Numbered from the stretch's first letter, positions 24,382 through 33,038 are shown. The stretch is DNA of 34,270 nucleotides from an uncultured Candidatus Saccharibacteria bacterium (GCA_964363825.1 CAYIJR010000001.1:1-34270), one strand, 5' to 3'. Numbers and translations are program-made. Notes: generated from the sequence alone by a model not told the origin.

Positions 24382-25816
24382 ATAATTTCAATAATTTATA
24401 AAATAAGGCCAGTATGGCAAAATAAGCCGCCATTCCTATTAAAAAAACAATTATAAAATTTAAACCGTAAATAAAGGGCTGGCGAATAATTAAGGCCATT
24501 ATTATGCTTGAAATGATGGCTGCCGCCAAAACCTTAGCCAACCTTGCATTAAAAATGGCAATAGACGTAAAACGCCTCGAAAACTCAACCTCCAAAACAA
24601 ACAAAACCACATAGCTTACCAGCGTCGCCAATCCGGCCCCGTAAAAACTGTAGCGAGGAATTAAAGTAAAGTTTAATATAATATTTACCGCTGCCGCAAT
24701 CAAGCAAATCCAAAGATGTTTTTTTTGCTGGTGGAATACGACCAATATCATATTATAAGACACATAAAGAAAGTTAATGCCAGCCATTAACGCCAGCAAT
24801 CTAAAAACAGGTATTGCCGGCGCATAGTTTGCGCCATAGAAAAAAGTGACAATTTTTGAGGATAAAAATATTCCTCCGGCCATTAAGGGCATTGCCAATA
24901 CAATCATTATTTCCATTTGATAATCCCAGAATTTTTGAAGTTTTTCCTTTGATTCTTTAAAGAATTTGCTTAAGGCAGGATAAAAAGCCATAGATATCAA
25001 GGCCATCACGACTAGAGGAACATAGGTAATTTTATAAGCGGCGTTATACCATCCGACTTCGGTAATCTGTCCCCAAAAACCCAACATTACCGAATCTATA
25101 TATAAATAAACTGTTGCGAAAACCGTGGCAAATCCCAGGGGCCAGGATCTTCCCAAAAATTTCTTCCATACCTTTACATTCCAAACAACTCTTATGGGCT
25201 GGATGCGCAGATAAAATAACACTACCGTAACAACAAAAATAACAAAAGAAGTAACGAGATACCCGTAACTTAAATTCACGGCCGAGGGAAAATTAAAAAT
25301 TATATAAAAACCCGCGGCAGTTACAAGTATAGCCTGGGTTATTTTAACCCAGGCCTCATACTCCATGAGCATGCGGGCCCTAAAAAAAGCGACAAAAATA
25401 TCAATAAAACTATTTAAAATAAGGTATCCCCCTAATAACCACATCATCATACGCAAGAACGGGTTGGAAGCAATAAAAAAAGAACTGGCTACCACTAAAA
25501 GCCAAGTCCCGGCACCCAAAATGATTTTAAGAGAAATAATTGCGGAAAATTCTTTTTCGTCGTCTTTGTCCCGGGCAAAATCCCTTGTGACAATATCCGA
25601 AAGGCCGAAATCCGAAAAAATAACAAATAATGAAACTGCAGCCAAGGCGAAGGTAAATCTTCCAAATTCAACGGGAAGCAAAATCCGAGCGGCATAAATT
25701 GTCAATAAAAGGGCGGATATTCCCAATATCCCCTCGCCTACCGCCAACCAAAAAATATTTTTAATAACCGTTTGCCTAATGCCTATATTTTTAAAAAATA
25801 AACTTTTAAAATCCAT
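24362..25816 (-). CDS. Wzx-type oligosaccharide flippase (MOP superfamily)
   Basis: 484 aa with about 12-14 TM segments. The N-terminus VIKNIFWLAVGEGILGISALLLTIYAARILLPVEFGRF is typical of polysaccharide flippases. Confidence 0.8.
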   Translation of the reverse strand: MDFKSLFFKNIGIRQTVIKNIFWLAVGEGILGISALLLTIYAARILLPVEFGRFTFALAAVSLFVIFSDFGLSDIVTRDFARDKDDEKEFSAIISLKIILGAGTWLLVVASSFFIASNPFLRMMMWLLGGYLILNSFIDIFVAFFRARMLMEYEAWVKITQAILVTAAGFYIIFNFPSAVNLSYGYLVTSFVIFVVTVVLFYLRIQPIRVVWNVKVWKKFLGRSWPLGFATVFATVYLYIDSVMLGFWGQITEVGWYNAAYKITYVPLVVMALISMAFYPALSKFFKESKEKLQKFWDYQMEIMIVLAMPLMAGGIFLSSKIVTFFYGANYAPAIPVFRLLALMAGINFLYVSYNMILVVFHQQKKHLWICLIAAAVNIILNFTLIPRYSFYGAGLATLVSYVVLFVLEVEFSRRFTSIAIFNARLAKVLAAAIISSIIMALIIRQPFIYGLNFIIVFLIGMAAYFAILALFYKLLKLYAYLIP

Positions 25817-26768
25817 GGTGTTTGAACCATTCTCCAGTTTCTTTCAGGCCTTTATTTAAATCACACTCTGGCTCCCATTCTAGTTCTGTTTTGGCTTTTG
25901 CAATATCAAGACAGCTTCTTTTCTGCTCGCCCTGCTTTTGGGGCGCGTGAATTTCTTTAATTTCTACATTAAATAATCCTTTAAGTTTTCTAAAAATATC
26001 GTTGATGTTTGTTTGGACTCCTGTTCCAATGTTAAACACTCCGCTTTTATTTTTTTGCATTCCCAGAACACTGGCGCGCACTACATCTTTTACAAAAACA
26101 AAATCTCTCGTCTGCTTGCCGTCACCGTTGATTATGGGCTGGCCCCTCCCTATTAATTTCGCGCAAAAAATGGCTATGACGCCCGCCTCCCCTTTTGAAT
26201 TCTGCCTGGGCCCATAGACATTGGCCAACCGTAAAATTAAATAATCCAAACCATACTCTTTTTTGTAAAAATCCAAATAATGCTCAACCGTTAATTTTTC
26301 TATGCCATAGGGAGAAACCGGCTTTGCGGGATAATCCTCCGGGGTAGGAATAACACTTGCATCGCCATATACAGCTCCGCCGCTTGAAGCAAAAACTACT
26401 TTCTTTACTCTAAAATTCTTACAATTTTCTAAAATATTCACGCTTCCTAAAATATTGGTTTTGGCGCTTTCAACCGGTTCATTAACTGACTTTCTGACAT
26501 CAATTTGGGCGGCATAGTGAAAAACAACATCCGGTTTTTCTTTTTTAAAAATATCGCAAATGCCCGCATCCAAAATATCTGCTTGGTAAAAAACAGCTTT
26601 TTTATTTACATTTTCCTTTTTTCCGGTTGATAAATTATCAATCACTGCCACTTGGTGGCCTTCCTGCAATAATGCATCGGCCAGGTGGCTGGCGATAAAT
26701 CCGGCTCCGCCGGTGACTAAATATTTCATAATTATGAAGGAGGGAGGAATAGGAAAACGCATTTTCAT
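25806..26768 (-). CDS. GalE-like NAD-dependent NDP-sugar epimerase (extended SDR)
   Basis: Motifs are VTGGAGFIASHLADAL, SSGGAVYG and YGIEK (YxxxK). The true start may be the internal MKYLVTGG (ATG at 26727-26729) rather than 26768. Confidence 0.85.
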   Translation of the reverse strand: MKMRFPIPPSFIIMKYLVTGGAGFIASHLADALLQEGHQVAVIDNLSTGKKENVNKKAVFYQADILDAGICDIFKKEKPDVVFHYAAQIDVRKSVNEPVESAKTNILGSVNILENCKNFRVKKVVFASSGGAVYGDASVIPTPEDYPAKPVSPYGIEKLTVEHYLDFYKKEYGLDYLILRLANVYGPRQNSKGEAGVIAIFCAKLIGRGQPIINGDGKQTRDFVFVKDVVRASVLGMQKNKSGVFNIGTGVQTNINDIFRKLKGLFNVEIKEIHAPQKQGEQKRSCLDIAKAKTELEWEPECDLNKGLKETGEWFKHHGF

Positions 26769-26810
26769 ATTCCGACCGAGTGATTAATTATATAAATTAC
26801 GAAGTAATTT

Positions 26811-28370
26811 CTATAAGTTAAATAGTTTATCCCAAAATGGTATTTTTGCGAAAAATTTTTCCAAAAAATTATTTTCTAACTTTGAAAGCCCAAAAGTAAA
26901 TAAACACAAAAGAGCCAAAAATGCCGGCATTCTAATCCTCGTAATTACTCCAAAGTTACTCATAAAAAGAGCCAGCACTCCGATGACAAAAATACTAAAA
27001 ATAACCAAAGGGAAAACAATTATATCCCTCTTTTCGATGAATCTTACTATTCCTTTTACAATAAAAAACATAAAAACATACCAACCAATAATTTCCGGCA
27101 AAACTAATAGTTGGCTAATCTTTGTCAACTGCCACGGAAAGGGACCAAAAAGAACGCTCACAAAAGAAATTGAAGTATTTTTTACAAAAGTAATTGGATT
27201 TTCAAGCCCTGTTTTTATTACCACCGAAGAACCTCTTCCCCGCGTTAAAGAGACCTCTGGCTCGGGCTTAGGTTCAACTTTGCTGGGTTCTGGCCGATAC
27301 ACTGGTTTTGGCGTTGGCGTTGGCACTGGCGTTGGTTCTGGTTGTGGTGTTGGCGTCGGTGTTGGCATCGGCGATGGCTGTGGTGATGGTTCTAGCTGGG
27401 GCTGGGGACGTTGGGGCGGCGGAACAAATACCAGCTCCCGGTAAAAAGTAATTTTTTCAAACGTTAAATAACTTTTTAAATTTTTAAATCCATAATAACC
27501 GCTACCTGTAGCTTGAGGAGAAAACCCCAAGAGAAAAACCATGATTATTCCGTACATAGCTCTCTTTTTTATATTTAAATTTGATGCTAAAAACCAGGAA
27601 ATTACAAACCCGAACATAAGGGCATAACCAACATAAAAACGAAAATGGATTAAGCCGGTTAAAATAATAAAAAAACATAAAAATTTAAAAATAGAAAAGT
27701 TTTTAGTTATTTTTAACGTTAGCAGCAACCCTATCATACACAATAAGACAACCATAGCATCTTTTAATAATAAGCTTCCATAAAAAACCAGGCTTGGATA
27801 GAAGCCCGCTGCCAGTCCAGTTAAAAAACCGTCTTTGGAAGTGCCGCCTATTTGGCGCACTATTAAATAAACAAAAATGATCAATAGAGCGGCCAGCCAA
27901 GCATTAAACAGCTGGCCAACCAGCATGCTTGGAATAGTAAAGGCATAAATATATCCAAGAATAACTGGATAAAAATGGTCAAAGCCCGTTCCTTGCAAGG
28001 AAGAGTTTCCTTGGCTAACCCTTTGGGCCACAAGCTCTGCGCCATGCTGATAAGCAGTATAGTCCCCCCCGCCCCCGCTAAATGGCTGGAAATTAGTGTA
28101 GTATATAAAAAAAACAATTAAAATATGCAAGGCAAAAACAATTAAAAAAAGCACACTTATTGCTTTTCTTTCTTTTGGGTCTTTTTGTCCTTCAAAGCGT
28201 TCAGGATTAATGTTTAGTACGCCAATAAAAAATAAAGAAACCGAGGTTAAAAATAAAATAAACAATGTTGCGGCGCTCAATGTTTTATCAATAAAAAAAA
28301 GCACCGCTATCAACAAACAACCGAGTATGATTAATTTTTGGTTCTTTGAAAAAAAATCTAATATGTTCAT
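26811..28370 (-). CDS. Polytopic membrane protein, GT-C-like glycosyltransferase or Wzy-like polymerase, with an embedded Pro/Thr-rich linker
   Basis: 519 aa. About 9 TM segments precede and about 4 follow a roughly 55-aa segment, PPPQRPQPQLEPSPQPSPMPTPTPTPQPEPTPVPTPTPKPVYRPEPSKVEPKPEPE. The first external loop contains GGGGDYTAY. Its position next to the Wzx gene is suggestive. Confidence 0.6.
   Translation of the reverse strand: MNILDFFSKNQKLIILGCLLIAVLFFIDKTLSAATLFILFLTSVSLFFIGVLNINPERFEGQKDPKERKAISVLFLIVFALHILIVFFIYYTNFQPFSGGGGDYTAYQHGAELVAQRVSQGNSSLQGTGFDHFYPVILGYIYAFTIPSMLVGQLFNAWLAALLIIFVYLIVRQIGGTSKDGFLTGLAAGFYPSLVFYGSLLLKDAMVVLLCMIGLLLTLKITKNFSIFKFLCFFIILTGLIHFRFYVGYALMFGFVISWFLASNLNIKKRAMYGIIMVFLLGFSPQATGSGYYGFKNLKSYLTFEKITFYRELVFVPPPQRPQPQLEPSPQPSPMPTPTPTPQPEPTPVPTPTPKPVYRPEPSKVEPKPEPEVSLTRGRGSSVVIKTGLENPITFVKNTSISFVSVLFGPFPWQLTKISQLLVLPEIIGWYVFMFFIVKGIVRFIEKRDIIVFPLVIFSIFVIGVLALFMSNFGVITRIRMPAFLALLCLFTFGLSKLENNFLEKFFAKIPFWDKLFNL
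27255..27425 (-). repeat. Degenerate hexanucleotide repeat encoding the Pro/Thr-rich linker
   Basis: The plus strand reads ggcgttggcgttggcactggcgttggttctggttgtggtgttggcgtcggtgttggcatcggcgatggc, i.e. imperfect (GGYGTT)n. Confidence 0.6.
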
Positions 28371-29531
28371 CTATTTTGTAGCACTGATTAAAACATCGCA
28401 CACTTTTCTGATTTCTTCTTCCGTTATATTTTGATTGCAGGGAACATAAAACCCATTATTATGGATACGCGTGGCATTGGGCAGAATTTGCTTGCCGAAC
28501 CTGTCAATCCAAAATGGCTGCTCTCCCATGGAACCGCAAACAAGGGGGCGGGTTTCAATGGAATTTTTTTCAAGCGCGCCAATTACTTTTGGCAGATCAT
28601 CGGCAATCAAGCCAATTGCAAAACTAGAAACACGGCTGGCGTTGCTTTTTTGCATCCAATAGTGTTTTTCCAATCTGCCTTTGTAAATGTTATAACCTTT
28701 TTCCCTTTTTTTAACTATATCATCAAGTTTCTTTAACTGTTCTATACCCAAAAAGGCATTCAAATCGGTGGATCGCACATTAAAACCAGGATAATAAAAA
28801 ACATATTTTTCCCTAAAATCGTCTATGGTATATTTTTCTTTTAATTTTGCCGCGTAGGTTTTATCCAGGTCCCTTGACCAGCCGTGGCTTCTTAAGGAAA
28901 GCAGTATATTATAAAGCTCTTCGTCATCGGTCACTACCATCCCCCCTTCAATAGTGGATATGTGATGGCCAAAATAAAAAGAAAAAGAACCCATAGCGCC
29001 GAATGTCCCCACTTTTTTATTATCGTATTCGCTGCCGTGGGATTCACAGCAATCTTCCAACAGCATGACATTGTACTTTTTACAAATTTCTAAAATCTTT
29101 GAAAGATTTCCCGTGTGGCCCAAAATATGAACCATAATAACCACTGCCGGATTATGTTCTTTGCATAATTTTTCAAAATGCTCCACATCCAACCCAAGGC
29201 TGTCTTTATCGGCATCGCAAAGTATGGGATCTAAACCAAATTGGATAAAGGGAGCAACTGTAGTCACCCAGCTTACGGCCGGAACAATGGCTTTTTTATT
29301 TTTTAACCTTCCGGCCAGTAACGCGGCATAAACCATTAAAAGATTAGCGGATGAGCCGGAATTGACAAAAACAGAGTATTTATTGCCGTTCCATTTGCTC
29401 CACTCTTCTTCAAATTTTTTAGTTAACTTGCCCTTAGTCAAACGGGGATATGTTGAGAGCCAGTCAATAAGTTTTTGAACGTCTTGTTGTGAAATTGTGT
29501 CTTTGACTAAAGATATATTATAGTTTTGCAT
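28371..29531 (-). CDS. colD: ColD-type GDP-4-keto-6-deoxy-D-mannose 3-dehydratase (DegT family with His replacing the PLP lysine)
   Basis: 386 aa. FSFYFGHHISTIEGGMVVTDDEELYNILLSLRSHGWSRDL has His-His where aminotransferases, including the one at 13565-14713, have Lys. The length and the absence of a C-terminal Cys cluster fit ColD rather than the Fe-S E1 dehydrase. Confidence 0.7.
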   Translation of the reverse strand: MQNYNISLVKDTISQQDVQKLIDWLSTYPRLTKGKLTKKFEEEWSKWNGNKYSVFVNSGSSANLLMVYAALLAGRLKNKKAIVPAVSWVTTVAPFIQFGLDPILCDADKDSLGLDVEHFEKLCKEHNPAVVIMVHILGHTGNLSKILEICKKYNVMLLEDCCESHGSEYDNKKVGTFGAMGSFSFYFGHHISTIEGGMVVTDDEELYNILLSLRSHGWSRDLDKTYAAKLKEKYTIDDFREKYVFYYPGFNVRSTDLNAFLGIEQLKKLDDIVKKREKGYNIYKGRLEKHYWMQKSNASRVSSFAIGLIADDLPKVIGALEKNSIETRPLVCGSMGEQPFWIDRFGKQILPNATRIHNNGFYVPCNQNITEEEIRKVCDVLISATK

Positions 29532-29555
29532 AATATTTTATGTAAGAATTAACAT

Positions 29556-30521
29556 CTACACTCTCTCCCTCCAATAATTCAACGTATCTTCCAATGTTTT
29601 TTCAAACGGGATGCTTGGTTCCCAGCCGGTCGCCGCGTGAAACTGCGCATAATCGCCCTTTAAAATTTCCACATCTGACGGCCGCATCCTTGCGGGATCT
29701 TGCTCTACTTTAATGTCTTTGACGGTGCTAAGGTTCAACAGAAATTTAAGCACCTGTTCCATCGTCCATACCTTGCCAGAACAAATATTATAAGCTTTTC
29801 CGTATTCGCATTTTTCGGTTGCCAGCCAGTAGGCGCGAACCATATCCCTTGCGTCAGTGTAATCCCTTTGGGCGGTAAGGTTGCCAACCTTCACCACGGG
29901 CTCTTGCTTTCCCTTTTCAATTTGGGCGATTTGCTTGGCAAACGTAGAGGTGACAAACATCTCGCCCCGTCCCGGCCCCTCATGGTTAAATGCGCGGGTT
30001 AAAATAGTTTTTAACCCATAGCTTTTGTAATATTGGTAAGCGAGCATTTCCTGGGCAACCTTGGAAACGGCATAGGGAGACAACGGCCTGAAGGGATTTG
30101 TTTCTTTAATAGGGATTTCGTTTTCTAAAACCATCCCGTATTCTTCAGAAGAGCCGGCAATTTGTATAATGGGATTTATGCCCAAACTCCGGCATGCTTC
30201 AAAAATATTCAACTCGCCCATAATATTATTATACAGGGTTTCTTCCGGCCCTTCCCAAGATACCCTGACAAAACTCTGGGCCGCCAAATGAAAAATCTTG
30301 TCCGGCTGGACTTTTTGCAAAACCCGCTCAATAGCTATCCGGTTAGAAAGATTGCATTCAAAAAGCGTGATTTTGTCTTTTATTTTTTCAATCCTTCTCA
30401 TTTCATCGCCCAAGTGGTGCGACAAAATGGTTCCGTAAACCTCAACGCCAGGCATCGTTAAACAATATTCTGCCAAATGCGAACCTACAAAACCGGAAAT
30501 GCCCGTAATTAATACCTTCAT
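29556..30521 (-). CDS. GDP-mannose 4,6-dehydratase / GDP-4-keto-6-deoxymannose reductase family SDR (Gmd/Rmd-like)
   Basis: 321 aa. Motifs are ITGISGFVGSHL, SSEEYG, SPYAVSK and FNHEGPGRGEMFVTSTFAKQIAQIEKG...VGNLTAQRDYTDARDMV. Confidence 0.8.
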   Translation of the reverse strand: MKVLITGISGFVGSHLAEYCLTMPGVEVYGTILSHHLGDEMRRIEKIKDKITLFECNLSNRIAIERVLQKVQPDKIFHLAAQSFVRVSWEGPEETLYNNIMGELNIFEACRSLGINPIIQIAGSSEEYGMVLENEIPIKETNPFRPLSPYAVSKVAQEMLAYQYYKSYGLKTILTRAFNHEGPGRGEMFVTSTFAKQIAQIEKGKQEPVVKVGNLTAQRDYTDARDMVRAYWLATEKCEYGKAYNICSGKVWTMEQVLKFLLNLSTVKDIKVEQDPARMRPSDVEILKGDYAQFHAATGWEPSIPFEKTLEDTLNYWRERV

Positions 30522-30529
30522 CTTTTTGT

Positions 30530-31543
30530 TTAGTTATTATTTTTTTGTATTATTTTCTTTATTAACCCCGCCCACGCATTTTCAAATCTTTCTTTGGTAA
30601 ACTGTTTGCCGTAGTTATAGCCGTCTTCCCCCATTTTTTTGGCAACTGCTGGATTATTTAATACATATTCCACTTTTTCTTTTAACTGCTTAAAATCCTT
30701 GCAAATTATCTGGCCTCCTTCTCCCAGTAATTCTGTCAAAGCCCCAAGGGACGATCCAATCACCGGAGTTTTTAATAACATCGCTTCGTGGGCGGTTATG
30801 CACCACCCCTCTGGAACCTTGAACATAATCAATGCCACTGAAGATGCTTTTAGCAATGTTAAATATTCTCTGTATGTTAAGTTAAGGTTTCTAGCCGGAA
30901 TTTTAACTTGCTCTTCTCCCGATGTTACCAAGTGGGCGTCTAAATCCTTTAACGCCTCGTAAGCATCAACCACACCTTTGGCTTTCTGGCAATTGCCAAG
31001 GTAAATAATGGGTTTTCCCTCAAGATTATACTTCTTTTTAAAATCTAAAACTTCCCGGTCTGGAATATTGAAGCCATTAATATCAAGCCCGCAATATATT
31101 TTATAAACATTTTTGCAGCCTCTTTTTAAAAAATGATCCTGGCCATACTTTGAAATAGCCACAATCGCATCAATTTTTTTTAGATTGCGATAGAAAATTT
31201 TTTCAAGCGCCCAATAAGGAATTTGGGCAATAAGAGGCCAGGTAAAAAATCCCATATGGTGGACCACAACCACATTCTTGCCTTCGGTTTTATCCAAGGG
31301 CCAGGTTATCGTAGAAAAAAAGTCTCTTATCCATATATCTCTTTTCCCTTTCAGTTTTGCAAGGCGCCATAAGGATTCTAAAGTTCTAAAATATTTATCT
31401 TTAAAATACTTGCCGCTAATGTCTACGACATCCACATCTGCATACTTTGAAAGAACTTGGCGCGATTGTTCTCCGTAAACAGTGCCGCCATACCTTTTAG
31501 GGCTTGCCGGACCCGTCCAACCTATAGTAATTCTCTGATTCAT
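30530..31543 (-). CDS. GT-B fold glycosyltransferase, tandem paralog A
   Basis: 337 aa. The C-terminus has GWCITAHEAMLLKTPVIGSSLGALTELLGEGGQI. By manual alignment it is about 55-60% identical to the next gene over the C-terminal ~155 aa. Confidence 0.75.
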   Translation of the reverse strand: MNQRITIGWTGPASPKRYGGTVYGEQSRQVLSKYADVDVVDISGKYFKDKYFRTLESLWRLAKLKGKRDIWIRDFFSTITWPLDKTEGKNVVVVHHMGFFTWPLIAQIPYWALEKIFYRNLKKIDAIVAISKYGQDHFLKRGCKNVYKIYCGLDINGFNIPDREVLDFKKKYNLEGKPIIYLGNCQKAKGVVDAYEALKDLDAHLVTSGEEQVKIPARNLNLTYREYLTLLKASSVALIMFKVPEGWCITAHEAMLLKTPVIGSSLGALTELLGEGGQIICKDFKQLKEKVEYVLNNPAVAKKMGEDGYNYGKQFTKERFENAWAGLIKKIIQKNNN

Positions 31544-31544
31544 T

Positions 31545-32552
31545 TTATTCTAAATTAATTACATTTTTAATCAAGGCGACCCAATCTTGTTCAAATTTCT
31601 CCATCGTAAAATCTTTGGCATAGGCATAACCGTTCTCACCCATTTTTTCCCGCACTTTTGGGTGGTTTAATAAATATTCTACATTTGGCCTTAAATCCTT
31701 AAAATCTCGGCAGATTATTTGGCCTCCGCCCCGCAATAATTCTTCCGTCCCGCCAGCGCCCGAACCTATGACAGGCTTTCTAAAAAGCATTGCCTCGTGG
31801 GATATCCGGCTCCAGCCGGTTTTGAATTTATGCATTTCTACAACAATATCAGAGGATTTAATCAGGCACAAATAATCTTTATAACCCAAATTTAAATTTT
31901 TAGCCGGGATTTTAATTGTTTCTTCGCCGGAAGCGACCAAAGAAACATCCAATCCTTTTAATTCTTGGCAAATTTCTTGCACCCCCTTTGCTTTTTGGCA
32001 GTTGCCTATATAGATTATCGGTTTTTCTCCCAAATTAAACCTTTTTTTGAAATCTGCAACTTCGTTATCGGTAATTTGAAAGTCCAACATATTAAAACCA
32101 TTATATATCTTATGCACATTTTTATACCCCATTTTTAAAAAATACTCCTTCCAGTACTCACAAATCGTAACAATGGCATCGGCTTTTTTAAGCTGCCGCC
32201 AAAAAAAAAGTTTTTCCAATAAAAACATCGGCAGCCTGGCAAGTAATGGCAGTTGCGAAGGATCAATATGAAAAATCAGCGCCACATTTTTTCCTTTCGT
32301 CCTCTTTTTTGACAATGACAAAACTGAATAAAAATCCCTAATCCAAACATCTTTCTTTCCCTTTAATATAAAAAGATAATAGAGCGATTCTAAAAATTTC
32401 AAATACCTCCGTTTTTGAAAAAACTTGGCTTGTAAAATTACTTCGTCCAAACGGAAATACTTTATTAGGGCATTCTTAACTTGCTGGTTATACAATGAAC
32501 CGCCGTTCCTTTTTAAACTGATTTCTATGAATCCGATTTTTTCTCCCGACAT
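31545..32552 (-). CDS. GT-B fold glycosyltransferase, tandem paralog B (first gene of the operon)
   Basis: 335 aa. The C-terminus has GWSRISHEAMLFRKPVIGSGAGGTEELLRGGGQI. An SD (GAGGA) lies 9 nt upstream of the ATG. Confidence 0.75.
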   Translation of the reverse strand: MSGEKIGFIEISLKRNGGSLYNQQVKNALIKYFRLDEVILQAKFFQKRRYLKFLESLYYLFILKGKKDVWIRDFYSVLSLSKKRTKGKNVALIFHIDPSQLPLLARLPMFLLEKLFFWRQLKKADAIVTICEYWKEYFLKMGYKNVHKIYNGFNMLDFQITDNEVADFKKRFNLGEKPIIYIGNCQKAKGVQEICQELKGLDVSLVASGEETIKIPAKNLNLGYKDYLCLIKSSDIVVEMHKFKTGWSRISHEAMLFRKPVIGSGAGGTEELLRGGGQIICRDFKDLRPNVEYLLNHPKVREKMGENGYAYAKDFTMEKFEQDWVALIKNVINLE

Positions 32553-32565
32553 GGCCGTGGATCCT

Positions 32566-32593
32566 CGATAAATTTAATACATTAAATTTATCG
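32566..32593. promoter_or_regulatory. Perfect 13-bp inverted repeat (operator or 5'-UTR hairpin) abutting the SD of the glycan operon
   Basis: CGATAAATTTAAT-AC-ATTAAATTTATCG lies between the predicted -10 box and the SD. Confidence 0.5.
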
Positions 32594-32623
32594 GGACATA
32601 CTTTTTGTGTTCTATAACTCATT

Positions 32624-32652
32624 ATTATAATATAATTAGGCTAGATTATCAA
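32624..32652 (-). promoter_or_regulatory. Near-consensus sigma-70 promoter for the glycan operon
   Basis: The minus strand reads TTGATA (32647-32652), a 17-nt spacer, then TATAAT (32624-32629). Confidence 0.55.
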
Positions 32653-32693
32653 CAAACAGCAGTTGATTAGATTTATTTAGAGCAATACTGGCA

Positions 32694-32724
32694 AATAAAA
32701 AAGCGGTACCATTAATGATACCGC
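32694..32724 (-). terminator. Rho-independent terminator after the 80-aa gene
   Basis: The minus strand reads GCGGTA-TCATTAATGG-TACCGC followed by TTTTTTATTT. It starts about 40 nt downstream of the stop. Confidence 0.65.
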
Positions 32725-32765
32725 ATGGGGGTGGTTCTCAAATCAACTGGTGCCGATTTAAGAAT

Positions 32766-33008
32766 TCATGATTTTACTTCTGCCTCTGCCTGAGCCAGTT
32801 TTATTTTGGCCTCTTTGAGGTGTTCATCGTAGGTAGTGCCCTCAATAGCCTGCGCTAACGTAGCGCTAACAAAGGGCAGCCTTTTTTTGATCAGAGTGAG
32901 CATGGAAACCAGGCAGATTTCCGGGTTTTCATGGGCAATTTTTCTGCATTTCTCACTAAAATAGGCAAGCACTTCTTCTGTCAGTTGAGCCGTTACCTTG
33001 TTGAGCAT
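32766..33008 (-). CDS. Hypothetical 80-aa, probably all-helical protein
   Basis: A strong SD (GAGAGGAG) lies about 7 nt upstream of the ATG. The gene is followed by a terminator. I recognise no family. The C-terminal segment KEAKIKLAQAEAEVKS is amphipathic. Confidence 0.55.
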   Translation of the reverse strand: MLNKVTAQLTEEVLAYFSEKCRKIAHENPEICLVSMLTLIKKRLPFVSATLAQAIEGTTYDEHLKEAKIKLAQAEAEVKS

Positions 33009-33038
33009 GGCATTCTCCTCTCGGGTAAAAAAATGAGG

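Noticed and set aside
26983-27444. A plus-strand ORF with a Gly/Val-rich repeat (GVGVGTGVGSGCGVGVGVGIGDG)
   Set aside because: It is the antisense shadow of the Pro/Thr-rich linker within a long minus-strand membrane-protein gene.
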